From the human T2T-CHM13v2.0 reference genome, Homo sapiens: a stretch of DNA of 64,000 nucleotides. Every line of letters begins with the position of its first letter. The first letter of the stretch is position 1. Both the position numbers and the translations under genes were made by a program. Shown in pieces: positions 37,106-52,329 of this stretch. Where the stretch lies: NCBI RefSeq assembly GCF_009914755.1, contig NC_060927.1. One strand, 5' to 3'. Below the pieces are notes generated by a model, which searched no databases, was not told the DNA's origin, and was given only the letters and a program-made list of their open reading frames with translations.

Positions 37106-39574
37106 GTACCCTTACTTTGGGACTCTTAGTGGGTACCTTTTATGCGTAATGCCGATATAAATGGCAGTAAAGTTTTTAATGATCCTCAAATAGTTTTTAA
37201 GTAACGACTGTGGGCCAGGCACTGTAATAGGTGCCTTAAGAGATGGTATTCACAGAAAAGAGAGTTTGTCCCATAGTATTATAAAATACATTCTAATGTC
37301 TCTTAATTTAGAGAAATTAAAATTTGTCTCAGGAAGAAACAATCCTTATTTCTTGGTCTTGATATAGGATTTACATAATACTTATTATAGCTCTATGAAT
37401 AGTTTTCTAGGGTATAATACATTTTTACTAATTCTTGCTATTAATTGGGATTATTTTTAATTTATCTTTAATTTTTATTAATGTACTTAGTTTTAAGAAG
37501 TCATATAAGGCCTAAGTATCAGGAATTGCATTTTGGTGCTAATGGAGACCTGACTTAAGTGGTTCAAACAAGGTGGGCATTTATTATGTAAAAAAATCTT
37601 GAATAGATAGTGTAGGGATGGTACAGTGGCCATACTATCATTTGCTCTTTCTTACGAGTCATCCTTGTCTTAGCATCCCGAGTTTGTGTCATGATCCAGG
37701 GTAGTTGCTTGAGTCCCAACTATCACATCTGACTTCCCAGTGGCAGGAGCTGGTTGTCTCTGTGGTGTAAACCAAAACAACTTGTCCTAAATCCTACTTA
37801 ATGACCCACTTTCATCTTGTGAGTTATCCCCATCTGAAAAGAATGTTAGGAAATTTTTCTAGATTTTTGTTTCTTTGATCAACACATGCCTATGATTCTG
37901 TCAGTATGGAAGAAAACAAGAATGGATATTATTGAATAACCAGCTTCTTCTTTTTTTTTTTTTTTGCCACAGCTTATAACAAAAAATAGCAGTCATGCCC
38001 TGTCCTCTTCCTTTCCTACTTCTTATTCTCCAGAGGCTATCACTGGCAACTCTTTCAGTTTTGATATTTACCTCTATATTTATAAGTAATTTTTTCCCTA
38101 GTTGTTTTAGATGGAATCAGTTGGCCTAGTACAGAAAGGAGATAGGGACTATCTTACTGTCTCACTATTGATCTCACTATTGAGCATGTTCACTATGTAC
38201 ACTTTGATTATACCCCGTTTTTGTTTATCCCTTTCCTTCCTGCTACCCTCTTTGTGTCCAAATGTTCAGTGTCTTCAGAGAATTAGGAGTTAGTTGCCAT
38301 TGTTTTGTTAGGGGAGGGATCTGGGGGAGATTTTGAACTGATCTTTTTGTTTCTAACTCTGTTTTCACATCTTTTGGAGGTATGTGGTACCTCAAATTCC
38401 TGAGATGTTCTGGGGTTCTGGGGTTGATTCAAGCACACATGAGCTTGTTCCCAAACTCCCTCTACTGATGGCTTGGCTTTCAGTTTCTTGGGTCTGTTAA
38501 GCCAGTTACCACCCATCCATCTAATTTCCAACTACCCATCTGTAGATATCTCTCCTTTTTCATTGCTTTGTCCAGTGGGTTTAGCTCTTTTAAAACACAA
38601 ATATTTTTACTGTTATTTTAGTGGAGTTTTCAAGTAGGATCAGACGTAAATGTGGTTCAATCTGTCACATTTAACTAGAAGTCTCAAATTAGTTTTCTAG
38701 CTCAGTAAATAATAATATGAAAGATGAAAAGGAAAGTATTGAGGATAATTTGCAGTCACTTATTTACTTTTGAAAGAGTATCCTATTTTCTGATCTATTC
38801 TGTGGTGAATATCCAGAGCTAGAAATAATTTAATTGCACTGATAATTTTTTAATTGCATTGATAATAATTTTTAATTGCATCGATAATTGCATTGATAAA
38901 TTTAATTGCATTGATGCAAAATTATTTTTATTTCTCAATTGCAAATGAAAATTTTAGCTTTTTAAAAAGTTTTCAAATTTTGGCACATTTGGGATATTTC
39001 AAGTCTTCATAAAAGGTGAATTCCCTGGAAAGACATCAACTCGTTTATTATAATTAGGAAAAAATAAAACAAATGAACCTTAGATGTTGATGGCTGTATT
39101 TGGGGAGCTAAATCCTTTTTTTTTTGTTATTGTTGCTCCTTAATGCCTTTATAGGTTGACTTTCAGAGTTGAGTTGAACTGATTGTTCATAATGACGTTG
39201 TTTGTAATAGTAAATCATTGAAAACTACCTAAATGACTATTATTAGGGGAGTTAGTACATATAATGTAATCCTATGTCCCTTTTCCCTAAACAATCATGT
39301 ATTTAAAGAATATTTATTCATACGAGAAACTGTTTATAGTGTAACTACTGAAAAGACACAGGACACAGGTGATTTCACCTTTGTAAATAAAAAGACTGAA
39401 ATATACCAAAGTGTTGTTAACTTTGTGGTGGTATGCTTATGGCTGAATTTTATTTTTTACATTTTTTTTTTAGTTTTTTAAAAATTAAACCTACTTTATA
39501 ATCAAAGAAAAAATAAAGTATATAAAATAAATTTCATTTTCTTTTCCTACCTCACAGATTGTTTATTATTATTA

Positions 39575-39874
39575 TTTTTTTGAGACAGGGTCTGGCTGGC
39601 TGTGTCGCTCAGGCTGGAGTGCAGTGTTTGCCATCTAGGCTCACTGCAACCTCCCTGTCCGGGGCTAAAGCGCTTCTCAGCACCCATCAGCCCCCACCCC
39701 CAGTAGCTGGGACTTCAGGTGTGCACCACCATGCCCGGCTAAATTTTTGTAGTTTTAGTAGAGACGAGGTTTTACCATGATCTGCAGGCTGGTCTTAACT
39801 CCTGAGGTCAAGCGAGTCACCCACTGTGGCCTCCCATGATGCTAGGATTACAGGCGTGAGCTACCGCGCCTAGC
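39575..39874 (-). mobile_element. Alu (AluJ)
   Basis: Diverged antisense dimer. Confidence 0.85.
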
Positions 39875-40132
39875 CCTAGATTGGTTATTTTGTACAAATA
39901 GATACAAGATTATTTTGAGTATGATGAAATTTTAATTCTTTGTTTCCCCAAAGCATGTGAGATGCTTTTTTAAAAAAATGAATTGGTTAAATAAACTTAT
40001 GAAAATCATTTTAGAATGACCAATGAGGTTCTAAACTTCAGTGACTTTTTTATACACAGTCTTTCATTAGATACATGACTATTATTGCTTTCCAAATAAC
40101 CACTCATTACATTGCTTCAGAAAATCTATCCG

Positions 40133-40437
40133 TGCCAGGGTGTGGTGGCTCACACCTGTAATTCCAGCACTTTGGGAGTCCAAGGCAGGCAAATTGCTTG
40201 AGCTCAGGAGTTCGATACCAGCCTGGGCAACATGGTGAAACCCTATCTCTACAAAAAAACAAAAATTTAGCTGGGTGTGGTGGCACACACCTGTAGTCCC
40301 AGCTACTTGGGAGGCTGAGGTGGGAGGATGGCTTAAGCCCAGGAGGCGGAGTTTGCAGTCAGCTGAGATCTCCAGCCTGGCTGACAGAGCGAGACTGTGT
40401 AAAACAAACAAACAAACAAAAAAAAAAACCAAAAAAA
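40133..40437 (+). mobile_element. Alu (AluJ/S)
   Basis: Sense dimer with (CAAA)n tail. Confidence 0.85.
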
Positions 40438-40959
40438 CCTCAATTTTAATTTTGTAGATAAAATGGCAGGAGGAAATATATTTAAATGGAGTCATTGCTT
40501 TTAAGTTTTTTAGTTATATCATCTTTTCACAGTTCTGCCAAACACAAGTAAGGCACCATTTGTACTGTTGTTACTGGCACTGAATTTTCTTGCTTTCCTG
40601 CCAAAATGTGCTAAACTACACCTTAAAAATTACAAACAAAAACAAAAACAAGAACTTTACGAAACCTGTAGTAAAATATGTGTCTGGTAAGATATGTGAA
40701 GAAATAAAATAAGATCAATTAAATCTGGCCCATTGAATGACACATTAATTGTATATTAATATGTAATGTTAAAGATATTAGGAGATGGTGGGACATTATG
40801 GCAAACTAAATTTGGGAGGAGGTTGAATTGTATAATTTATGAAATCCTAAAGTCTAGTACATTAACACTCTCTACTGTCAACTTTTCAAAGCAGTGGTGA
40901 ATACAAAAACTGAAAGACTCCATCTAAACAGTAAAAAAGTCACTAATGTGAAGGTTGAA

Positions 40960-41900
40960 GCTTGTCAATTATATAAGGCACTGGGGATACAGTGGTAAGC
41001 AAACAGACATTGCCCAATTTTGTGTGCAGTTATAACTTTGGTAAGTGCTATGAAGAAAAGATACGCAATACTATAAATGGGAACTAATAGCTTGACTATG
41101 TATATTTGGATACCTGGGCAAGTTCTGCTCTACTGAGATCCTTTCGTTTGGTTTGATATGTTGAATTTAAGGTGCTTTTGCCTCATCCAAGGAGAGATCT
41201 TAGAGATAGCTGGACTTAACAGAAGCCAGAGCTCAAAAGGGAGGTCCGGTTATCATAGCCGTGTGGATGGTATTCGAAGTCATATGTGTGAATGAGCTCA
41301 CATAGGGAGAGAAAGTATACTAGGAAAAGGAGGACCTTAAAACTAAAGCTTGAGGAGCCTCAAAATTAAATGTCTCAGTAGGAAAGGATGAGTCTTCAAA
41401 TAAAGTTTGAGAAGGATTAAAGAGGTTTCAGAAACCCAGAGAACTGTGGTGTCACAAAAGGCAAGGAAAGAGAATGTTTTAGGATGGGGTGAATGGTAAC
41501 TGGCATTGCAAACTGTTGAGATCCAATCGTTGAATTAACATGGAGTCTTGGGTGACTCTAAACAGAGCTGTTTTGGTGTAGTGATGGGATCAGTAGTCAG
41601 GTTGGAGTAGTTCCAAGAGTGGGAGGTGAAGGAATAGACAGTAAGTACAAATAACCTATAAAGGAGAAGGAAAGATATGGTGGTAACTGGAGGCATTGTG
41701 GATTGAAGGTAAAATTTTCTTTTCTTTCTTTTTTTTTTTTTAGTAAATTGGTGTGAACTGTGTACACTTAAAATCTGGTGAGAATGATCCATTTGAAAGG
41801 AAGATACAAATCTACAAAAGAAGGGATTATCTATATTATAAGACCCCTGAAGGGGAGTAAGGACAACACTCAAAGCACAAGTGGAGGGGTGTTGCTTTAT
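40960..41900 (-). mobile_element. L2 remnants
   Basis: AGGCACTGGGGATACAGTGGTAAGC; GTTTGATATGTTGAATTTAAGGTGC; GTGGTGTCACAAAAGGCAAGG are typical antisense L2. Confidence 0.6.
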
Positions 41901-42981
41901 ATAGGAGTTTTGTGGTAGGAGTAAAGTTCATCTATTAAGAGTACATGGAGGTGGTTGGTAGCTGATTAGAGAGGTATGTTGAATTGACCCACAGAACCAT
42001 TTGAATTTGATCATTGTGAATGCAGAGTGACCATTAGTATGTACCTTTGTTCATCAGTGCTTATTTGTCTCGGTGAAGGTGTGAAAAATGAGTTACATTC
42101 ATTCAGGATTAGGTGTAGACTATGATAAATCAGTTAATTAACTTTGAGAAAGAAAGGGACAGGTTCATTTTCGGGCTCCACTTGTGGCAAAACATAGCAC
42201 AGAGAAGTGAAGGGAGAAGAAAAGTGGTTGTATCAGTACATATTAATAGACAGGTGCACAAAATTGTTCTGTGTACTGTGAAAATAAGTGTGCATATATA
42301 ATGTCATAACAAAACATGTACAGGTTGTTAATATGTATTTCTACAACTAGAGTTTATTGACATCAACCAGTATGTTTTGGTTACTCTAAAGTTGAAATAT
42401 TATAAATACTCTTCCCAGTGATTTGATGTGTGTATGTTAATGTTTTTAATATCTGAAAGCTATTATTGGAATGCTTTATATGTGTATATGCTGTATATAT
42501 GTATATAACTCATTTTGAATGCTTTCCATGAATCAGGGATTGTGATAAGTTGTTTACCTGTTTTAGCTCATTTAATCCACTACCCTACAAGCTATGTGCC
42601 ATTATTCTCATTTTTATAGGTCAGGAAACTAAGACCAGAAGAGATGGCTTGACCAAGTCCTGTACCTAGTATGTGATAATCAGACTGTAACCTAGCCAGT
42701 TTGACAGCCAAAAGCCAGCCCGTGCACTTAGCCTCTGCAGTGCAATACAATACATTGTATTGTATCTAGGAATAAGCATTTGGTATCTATTGTACCATCT
42801 ATGCATATATATTTGATATATACTGTAGCTTACTAAAGCAGTTTTGATTGAGTGGAAGCAGTGGAATGGACACTGTTAAAAAGACTCAAGGCAGCAGAAA
42901 CTAAAGATGTTCATAAATGTGAAACAGAAGAAAAAAATCAAATTCAATCTAGCAGAAGTTCCCCATCAGAAGTGATTCTCA

Positions 42982-43264
42982 GGCCAGGCTTACACCTGTA
43001 ATCCCAGTACTTTGGGAGGCCGAGGCAGGTAGATTACCTGAGTCCAGGAGCTCAAGACCAGCCTGGCCAACATGGTGAAACCCCATCTCTACTAAAAATA
43101 CAAAAATTAGTCGGGCATGGTGGTGCATGCCTGTATTCCCAGTTACTTGGGAGGCTGAGGCAGGAGAATCACTTGAACTCTGGAGGTGGAGGTTGCAGTG
43201 AGTCTAGATCGCGCCGCTGCACTTCAGCCTGGGTGACAAAGTGAGACTCTGTTTCAAAAAAAAA
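42982..43264 (+). mobile_element. Alu (AluS)
   Basis: Sense dimer. Confidence 0.88.
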
Positions 43265-45001
43265 GAAAGTGATTCTCAACTCTTAGTCCACCCCCCAACC
43301 CACTTGAATGGGATATGCTTAGATGAGATAGTAACAATGGCTCAGTTATAACTTTTCTTCATAGCACTTATCGAAGTTATAACTACACAAAACAGGACAA
43401 TGTTTGCTTACCACACTATATCCCCAGTGCCTTATATAATTGGCAAGCTTCAACATTCACATCAGGACTTTTCTGCTACTTAGATGGAGAGTCTTTCAGT
43501 TATTTTTGTATTCACCACTGCTTTGGAAAGTTGACATTATAGAGTGTTAATGTACTGGACTTCAGTATCTCGTGTAATATATTACACAAATTATAGCAGT
43601 TCTCAAAATACCAAAGTTATGGTGACTGCAAACCAGTAGAAGTTATTTTATGTTTATTATCTTGTGTTTTGAAAGCAGGAGAGTATGGGATGTGTTTTAA
43701 ATGTTTATCCTAAATGATTAAAGTTTGTCAGTCTCTCCATATTTAGATTTAACCTTGAATATCTGGAAATCCTACCAGTCCCAAATACAATGGATGTGTT
43801 TTTTTGGCCTTTATCTGTCGTACTGTCATTTGACAAATCTCTCAAATTATAGAATTTATTTTTAAAGTCTAAAATTTACATATATTCCATGCTCATGAGA
43901 GTATGAAGATCTCTTTTTCAGCTGATGGGAGTACAGATCACCACGACTTTTCTGGACTACAATTTACCAAGATATTAGAAACCTTAAAATAATTTGTACC
44001 TTTTGACTTAGTCATTTTTCTTATAGCATTCACTTCTGAGGAATTATAAATTTGGACACAATACTATTCTTCATAACATTAATTATAATTAATGTAATGA
44101 ATGAAAATAGGAAACCAACCAGAACTTCTAAAATAGGTGAATATCTTTTCATCTCCCATAAATTAAAATTTTATGCAGCCATAAAAAATGATCTTTTCAG
44201 TGTCCACGTAATGATTGAGGTAAAGTTTTATTTGCATTTTCTTGGTGAGCAGATCCAAATTTCTTTTTTTTTTTAATCAGATTCTTTTAAGAATTTCAAA
44301 ACTTGCCAAACAAATACAACCCAACAATAATTCAGACATACCAAAAAAAGTTATGAACCTTTGCTATACGCCACTGTGGCAAAGGCAACACTGCCTGTTT
44401 TTTTTTTTTTTTGCAAATCATATTGGTGTTTGCCCATTTAATTTTATATACTCTGTGATTGCTTTCATGATACAACAGCAGGGCTGAATAATTGGGTTGG
44501 AGAAAGTATGGCCCATAAGCTACTTTTTGGCCCCTTAAGAAAAAAAGTATGTCAGTTCCTGTCCTAGATTCTCGTTTATCCTTTGCAAAAACTCTGTGAA
44601 ATAAGTACTGTTTTTATCGTCATTTTATGAATGATGCAGCTGAGACTCAGAGAGATTAAGCAACTACCTTAAGACACACAGCTAGAAAAGGGATCAAGAT
44701 GTTAATAGTGGTTATCTGTGGGCAGTGCAATGATGGATACTTTTTTTCTCATATATTATCCAAATTTAATATAGTGAGTGTACATAACATAAAACATAAT
44801 CAAGCTGAGGGAAAGATATAAAACGTAGGTAGAGAGTTGTGAGAATGTTAAAACTCATTCATCGGTTCTCAATTTATTACTTTGATTTCCTGCATATCAT
44901 CCTGTCATCCTGTGTTTATAAACTTAGAGTAGATATTCAATTTTTGCTTTCCTTCCTGGCATCTAAAACTATATTATGCAGTTCCCCAATTCTTGATTTT
45001 A

Positions 45002-45658
<657 letters not shown>

Positions 45659-46039
45659 TCAAACTTCACTTGTGAAGCCATTTTGTACTGTACTTTTAAG
45701 ACTTTTTATCTTCTCTCTTATATTTTGAAGTTAACTTCAACAACTATTAAATGCTCATAACTTGTAAGTGCTCATAAAATGCTGTATTTTTCTTGTCAGA
45801 CAGTACATACTTTTTCTTACTATCAATCAGTTGAATATCCTTAGATATCTTAGGCATAAATCTACATATATAAAGTACAATAATTGAGTATTGTAGAGGG
45901 TATTCCTTTAAGAAAATAATAGGTACTGTGTGAAAAGCTTCATTTTAGTGATTATAGGGAATTTAAAGGAAAAACCATCCTTGCTCTAAAGGAACTGAAT
46001 TATCTAGTAAGGGAGAAAAGGCATATCTAACTATTATTT

Positions 46040-46650
46040 CTGTCTATTATGACCCTGATCCAAACTATAGGTATCTTTCTCCTGGATTATTTTATTTCCC
46101 TGTTGCCACCTTTCCTCACTTTCAGTTTATTTTTTACACAGCAGTCAATGTGATCCTTTTAAAGGTATGAGTGAGGCCTCTTCCAAACCTTCCATACTTC
46201 TGTATCTCAGAGTCAAAGCCAAAATCCTTATAGTGTACTGCAGGGCTCCATAATCCTGCCCCATCTAGCTCTGTGACTTTTTCTTTTATTACTATACACT
46301 CACCAACACTAGTGTCTTTGCCACTCCTTGTACATATCTGCTTCTTGGCTTTTGTTTTGTCTGCCAGAAACATGTTTCATTTGGATATTATATAGTTTGC
46401 TGTGGGATCCTGCACAGATAGACTCTTATTAGAGAGATAGAGGCCTTCCCTGAACACCCCATGTAAAGCAGCATCCCATCTCTAGTATTCTTTTTCCCCC
46501 TTACCTGTGTTTTATTAATATTATATTTAAAGGTACTTAACACCATCTAATATATATTCATTTACCTCTTATCCCTCCACAAAAAAATGAAAGCATCAGT
46601 GAACTTGGTACACAGTAGGCACTCTAAGGTTTGAATAAATTAATGAATAA
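46040..46650 (+). mobile_element. L2 remnant
   Basis: ACACAGCAGTCAATGTGATCCTTTTAAA...GGTACACAGTAGGCACTC...TGAATAAATTAATGAA. Confidence 0.6.
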
Positions 46651-46926
46651 ATATAAATAAACCCTAAAATAGGGAAAGTGTGATTAGTGCCACTATTTGA
46701 ATTCCTATGCACGTTCACATGGAGAGACCATTTCTGATAGAGATAATTTGGAAAATTTTAATGGATGAAATAGGATTTGACTTGACTCTTAAAAAAATTG
46801 TTTTAAAATGTAGGCATGAAGAAAGGAAATAGTATGGGGTAGGTGGACATTTTAAGTAGAGGAGATAACTTGTGAAAAGATGGATGGCATGGCACATTTA
46901 TGAATGGCAGTAGTTAATTGATTAGA

Positions 46927-47111
46927 AATATGGTTCCTAATGTGTGGATCTCCAGACCAACAGTATGAGCATCACCTGCAAACTATTAGCAGTACAAATT
47001 ATTGGCTCCACCCAGACGTACAGAATCCGGAACTGTGGGACTAGGGTCCAGCAATCTGATTGTCACATTTTCCCAATGAGTCTAATGCATGCTAAAGTTT
47101 GAGAGCCACTG
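46927..47111 (+). mobile_element. MER5A (hAT-Charlie)
   Basis: TGGTTCCTAATGTGTGG...GCATCACCTG...ATGCATGCTAAAGTTTGAGAGCCACTG; the element is near-palindromic so strand is nominal. Confidence 0.75.
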
Positions 47112-48142
47112 GACTAGAACATAAACTCAAAAAAGAATTGGTAGATAATAAGATTGGAAAAATAGATTGAGGCTTGGCTTAGGGGTTTGAATTCTGTGGG
47201 ATAATACAGCATTAAAGGCAAAGTCATGCCATTATTAATCTTAAAATACTGTTTTAAGATACCACAGGAGGTAAAGAATGAAAGTCTACATAAAAAAAGT
47301 AAGCTATCGAAGTATCCCAGAAAAGGAATTGAGGGCCTGGCTGAATAAGTGGCTGGAACAATTTCAAGGAATATTATGTATACTAAAGTACTTAGCATTT
47401 TGCTAAAAGTGGAGACAAGGCACCAAAGAATTCTATGAAATTATACTGGGTTTCTAATCTAAATATCTGAGAGTATAGTGATGGTATTAACAATAAATGG
47501 TGGGAGGAATAATTAAGGTATCTAAATGAACAGTATAGTTTTGGTTCTATTGGGTTTGAAGAGTTAGTGCATTCTTCTTAAAAAAAGGAAGAGTAAAAAT
47601 TGTTAATCAGTAGCTACAATGTACATTTTTATTAATCTTGAGTATATTTATCCCTATTTAAGAAGAGAGCAGTGGATTTTCTAGTACCTTATGGTAAATA
47701 TAAAACTCATAATTTATTTTCTCCTTTTAGTAATGTCTCAGTACTTAAGAGTATACGGCTTTTTAAGAGAGGCAGTTTCTGTGTTTGAGAAAGCTAATTA
47801 ACCTGTGATAGTGTTTTAGTTTAAAATTTCCTTTCCAGTTTTAATTTGAGGTTTTAATTTGAGCTTTGGTACAGGGGATCAAATGTCCACAAAAATAAGA
47901 ATCTACCAGATTTGATCATTTGTCTCCCATTTTTGAGTTCACAAAGAAAAATTAAAGTCTAGAGTCTAAAGACATTAAGATCCCAAATTCTTCCCCTTCT
48001 AGAGTATTACTTAATCAGAGCCAGTGGGTTTCTCATGTGCCCCTATGATTTAGAGATGGGTATTTTTCAGGAGCTGCAGCTTGGGTTTTCTTCCTCTGAT
48101 TGGGAGTGGCTTCTTTTAGCCCTCTAAAGGAGAATTCTTTAA

Positions 48143-48464
<322 letters not shown>

Positions 48465-51156
48465 CTGTGTCTTACTTTCTTAAGAGTCTTGAAGATCAGT
48501 AGGGCAAACGTTTATTACTGCACCCAACCCAATACCCATTAAATTTAGAAATATACTAATATTTCTGTCAACTATACTATGTACTAAATTCAGGGAATTA
48601 CTTTTGCCAGTAAAAATTAGTGATATCAGAAGGACGATGGATGCACAGAAAACAGGATACCAAGTGAATTTTGGTTTAAACCTCACCAGGCTCACCAGTG
48701 TGCCAGTTAGTTGTGCCAACTGCCAGTGTCCATAACTTGTGCTTATATTTTACTAGGAAAACTCATCAAGTGGTTAATTGTGCTACTGTCTGTTTGCCAT
48801 ATTTTGTGGAGGGTGCTCTTACCCTGACCATTTCCTCCTTCCTGAAAGTAGTATCCTAATTTCTGTCTTTTTGCAAAGTTTACAAATTTCCATGGACGGT
48901 AGCCCCAGGTACCTCATCTTAATTGATGTTTCCTACTTTATATTTCCATCATATTAAAAGCTTTTAATTTCTGTTTCTTCTGTGTTTTCCTGGCACTCCT
49001 TGTGCTGAACTAAGTGTGGAATCTGTTGAGTGGCACCACTTCTACTAGCTGTTACAAAGAGCATATCACTTACTTGTAGTTTGTAACGCTTCAAGCATAG
49101 TCATTTCCTTGCAGCCTCCACAACCTGTGTTCTGCTCTTGCATCTGTATTTCTCTAGACCCAAACATGTGCCAAGGCATTTTTAGTCTTGTGCTACCTGG
49201 GCTGTTGCCATGCCCCTTGAAAGTTCTAGGCCTATCATAAAAACACTCTTTTTGTGCCCTCATATTTGTATTATTTGGATAATAACCATGGAACAGGTAC
49301 CTAAAGTGGAACTACTTTTGTTGTTTCTGAAGTCTGTGCTTTTAGGAGCCCAGTAAAGACAATATCTCTTCTGCTGCTTGCTCTTTTAGACCTTTTCTTT
49401 GCTCTGCTTTTAATTATTCTAGGCCTTGCATAATTTGTTCTACTTTATTGGCAGAATAAACATTCCTTTTTGTCACATTTCTTTCAGCAATAGTAGGATA
49501 TGTCATTTCAGATAAGCAGCTGGTTTTTGTGTTTGTTTACATTTGAGCCTGTTATTAAATTTGCCTCGCCTATCTTCCTTTTTTTTTCTCTTGGTTTTTT
49601 TGTTCCTTCAGTTATCTCTTGTAGTGTCTTCCGTAATGTTAGAGAAGGAAAGTCAAGGAGTTCCAAGTGCATCAAAAAGCATTCAATATCAAGCAAATTT
49701 TGCTCACTCTTGTATCTGACTTAAGAAAAAAATCTTACCAGCACAACATCAAACCCAAGACTGACCTCTTAACTTTGTTTCTCTTCAGCATAGCTCTTCC
49801 CATTTACTTCCCTGAGACCTAACTTTGACTTTCTGGAGCACTTTTCTTTATGGCACAATGCCATACTGTATGTTGTCGTTTGTGGTAACTATTCATCTGA
49901 AATGCACCTGAAATGCTTCAGATATTTTAAGGTAATCTCCCTGCTTTTTAATTTATCAAATCTGTACAGATTTTATATTACTTGTATAGTAGTCTCAGTC
50001 TTCAAGGTGTGGTTTTTCAGTTGCTTTTATTATAGACTTTCTGCCTTTTAAAAAGCAAGCTTTTGCCATATTGCCATAGTTGGATCTCCGGTCTGGTTCA
50101 CTCTTGACATTTCCATCCCATAGTTACCTTCTGTCCCTCAGTTAGGTACTTTTGTAACCAGTCACCCTTCCTTTATTATGAGTAACATCTATAATTTTTT
50201 TTCCCCATTTTCATCTTTAAGTACAGTTACTTCTGATATATATCTCCTTTTTCTTTTTTGATATCTGTCTAGTCTAGCCTCTAAGAGTGAACTTTTATTC
50301 CTAAGGAAGTCCCTCTTTTCTTTTATCTTAATCAGTATGCCCTCCTTTTATTTTTCTTTAATTCTTCCACTGTTAATTGTGAGTGCATCATCTGTTTTGT
50401 TTTGTTTTGTTTTGTTTTAAACAAATTTAGTTCTTGAAACCGAGCATACCTCATCCTAGAGTTGGTGTTTGTTCATCTGTTATTTTAATTTGATCTTCAT
50501 GTACTTCTTGTGCGTATATTTTGGGGTTCCCTTGTCCATGCACCAATTTTAATATTTATGACGGAAGCATTTAATATATTACTCTCAGCTCTGATTTTGG
50601 AATCAAATGAAAAATTGGCAGGGATCTAAATTCATCTAAAGCCTTTAAAATGACCTGCTATTCATAAGAGGAAAGTTGGATCTTTAGGCAGATACCTAAG
50701 CTGCCACATGGAGGACTCTGACCTGCCTCAAAGGTGGTGCAAGTAGATAACTCAAGAGGGATATGAGAACCAGACCAATACATTAACCTTGGCCAGGAGC
50801 TGAGAGACTCTTATTAGTATTGTTGATTTTACTTCCCTGGAGTAAAAGAATTTTAGGGAAGGAGGAAAATCATCCTCTCACTGGTATTTTTTGAGATAGA
50901 GTAAGTTCTTATTTTATAAACAGGAATGTAGAGGAAAAGAGAAAATGTTTGCCCCAAACTTACCATGTCCAGAATTTGGGAAGAAGATAAAAATATAAGA
51001 ATCAGAATAGAGGAGGAGGATTGTGAATGAATTTTTGTTGTTTAGCCTTCTCAACTCATCTCTGTTTCACTCACCAATATAGGCAGTGTGCTTTCCATTT
51101 CTTTGCCCTGGCTTATGTTGGTAGTTACAAAAAAGAGAAAAAGTTGCAGACTTAAA

Positions 51157-51365
51157 TTTTTTTTTTTTTTTTTTTTGAGACGGAGTCTCGCTCTGTTGCC
51201 CAGGCTGGAGTACAGTGGCACGATCTCGGCTCACTGCAAGCTCCGCCGCCGGGTTCACTCCACTCTCCTGCCTCAGCCTCCCGAGGAGGTGGGACTACAG
51301 ACGCCTGCCACCACGCCCGGCTAATTTTTTGTGATTTTTTTTAGTAGAGACGGGGTTTCCCTGTG
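51157..51365 (-). mobile_element. AluY-like, 5'-truncated
   Basis: Poly-T, right arm and part of the left arm; stops at GGGGTTTCCCTGTGT. Confidence 0.85.
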
Positions 51366-52329
51366 TATGGGGAATCATTGTTCTTCATTTAATTTATGAA
51401 ATATACCCATGAAAAACTTGCATTTGTGGGAATGTCAGAAAAATTATACTGCTTCTGAGATAGGGAAACCTTTTTAAAATAACACATAGGAAAGATAAAT
51501 GAAACATGCTGTAATACTTAACTATTTTTATGTAAACTGACAGAATGCAATTTAACAGAATATTTTAAAAACTGAAGAAGTCACAACTGATTTTAAATAT
51601 TAATGTCAAATATCTTGGTTCAAAGAGTTATTTACTGTGTGTTTAATGGAAATCATTTCTTAAAACCAAGGTTGTTTTTTAGTGTAGAAGTAATTCTGTA
51701 TACTCTGTGTTGTAGCTTCACTGTATTTCATGAGTCACCAAAGCCCCTTGTTTTGTATATATGTTGAATTTTAGGTGACTATTATGAATGTAAATAAAAC
51801 TACTTCATAGGTTGAATTCCTTTGTGAAATGTTGTGAAATTTCTTTGTATTTAATATAAAACATGCTTAATATGCTAATTCTGGAATCCCTATATTAGCA
51901 AGTATAATACTCTTTACATTTCAAACTATTGTGAATATCGGACTGATTTCTTTGTTAAACTAGTTAGTAGGGTTTTGATATATATTCTTTCCTCTTGGAT
52001 GGAATTAATTCCTATAACATTATTTAATTTCATTCCTTCTTGTGCATGTTCATTATCTTCTATTAAATCAACTGGTATGAATGAAGGGGGTAGACCCTCT
52101 GCTTTGCATAGAAAAATAAAACTACTTCATTTTATTTTTGGAACTTCTAACAAGGTGAATGATTTTCAAATTGGTAACTAAATGTGGTTAAACGTATTAA
52201 AGCCCAAAACAGGTAGGGAAAGCTGGTAGGGTATTTTTAAATAAGTTTAAATCTCATCCCAGGATACTGGGGTAGGGGGTGGGACAGGAAGCACTTTAAG
52301 ATTTGAAGATACAAATAACTGAAGAGATG

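Noticed and set aside
31346-38915. Short repeat clusters resembling a CRISPR array
   Set aside because: Eukaryotic intronic context, no regular unique spacers, no cas genes; explained by slippage or template switching.
42743-43587. Short palindromes (CAATACAAT-AC-ATTGTATTG near 42743; GTGTAATATATTACAC at 43572-43587)
   Set aside because: Short and AT-rich; expected by chance in 64 kb.
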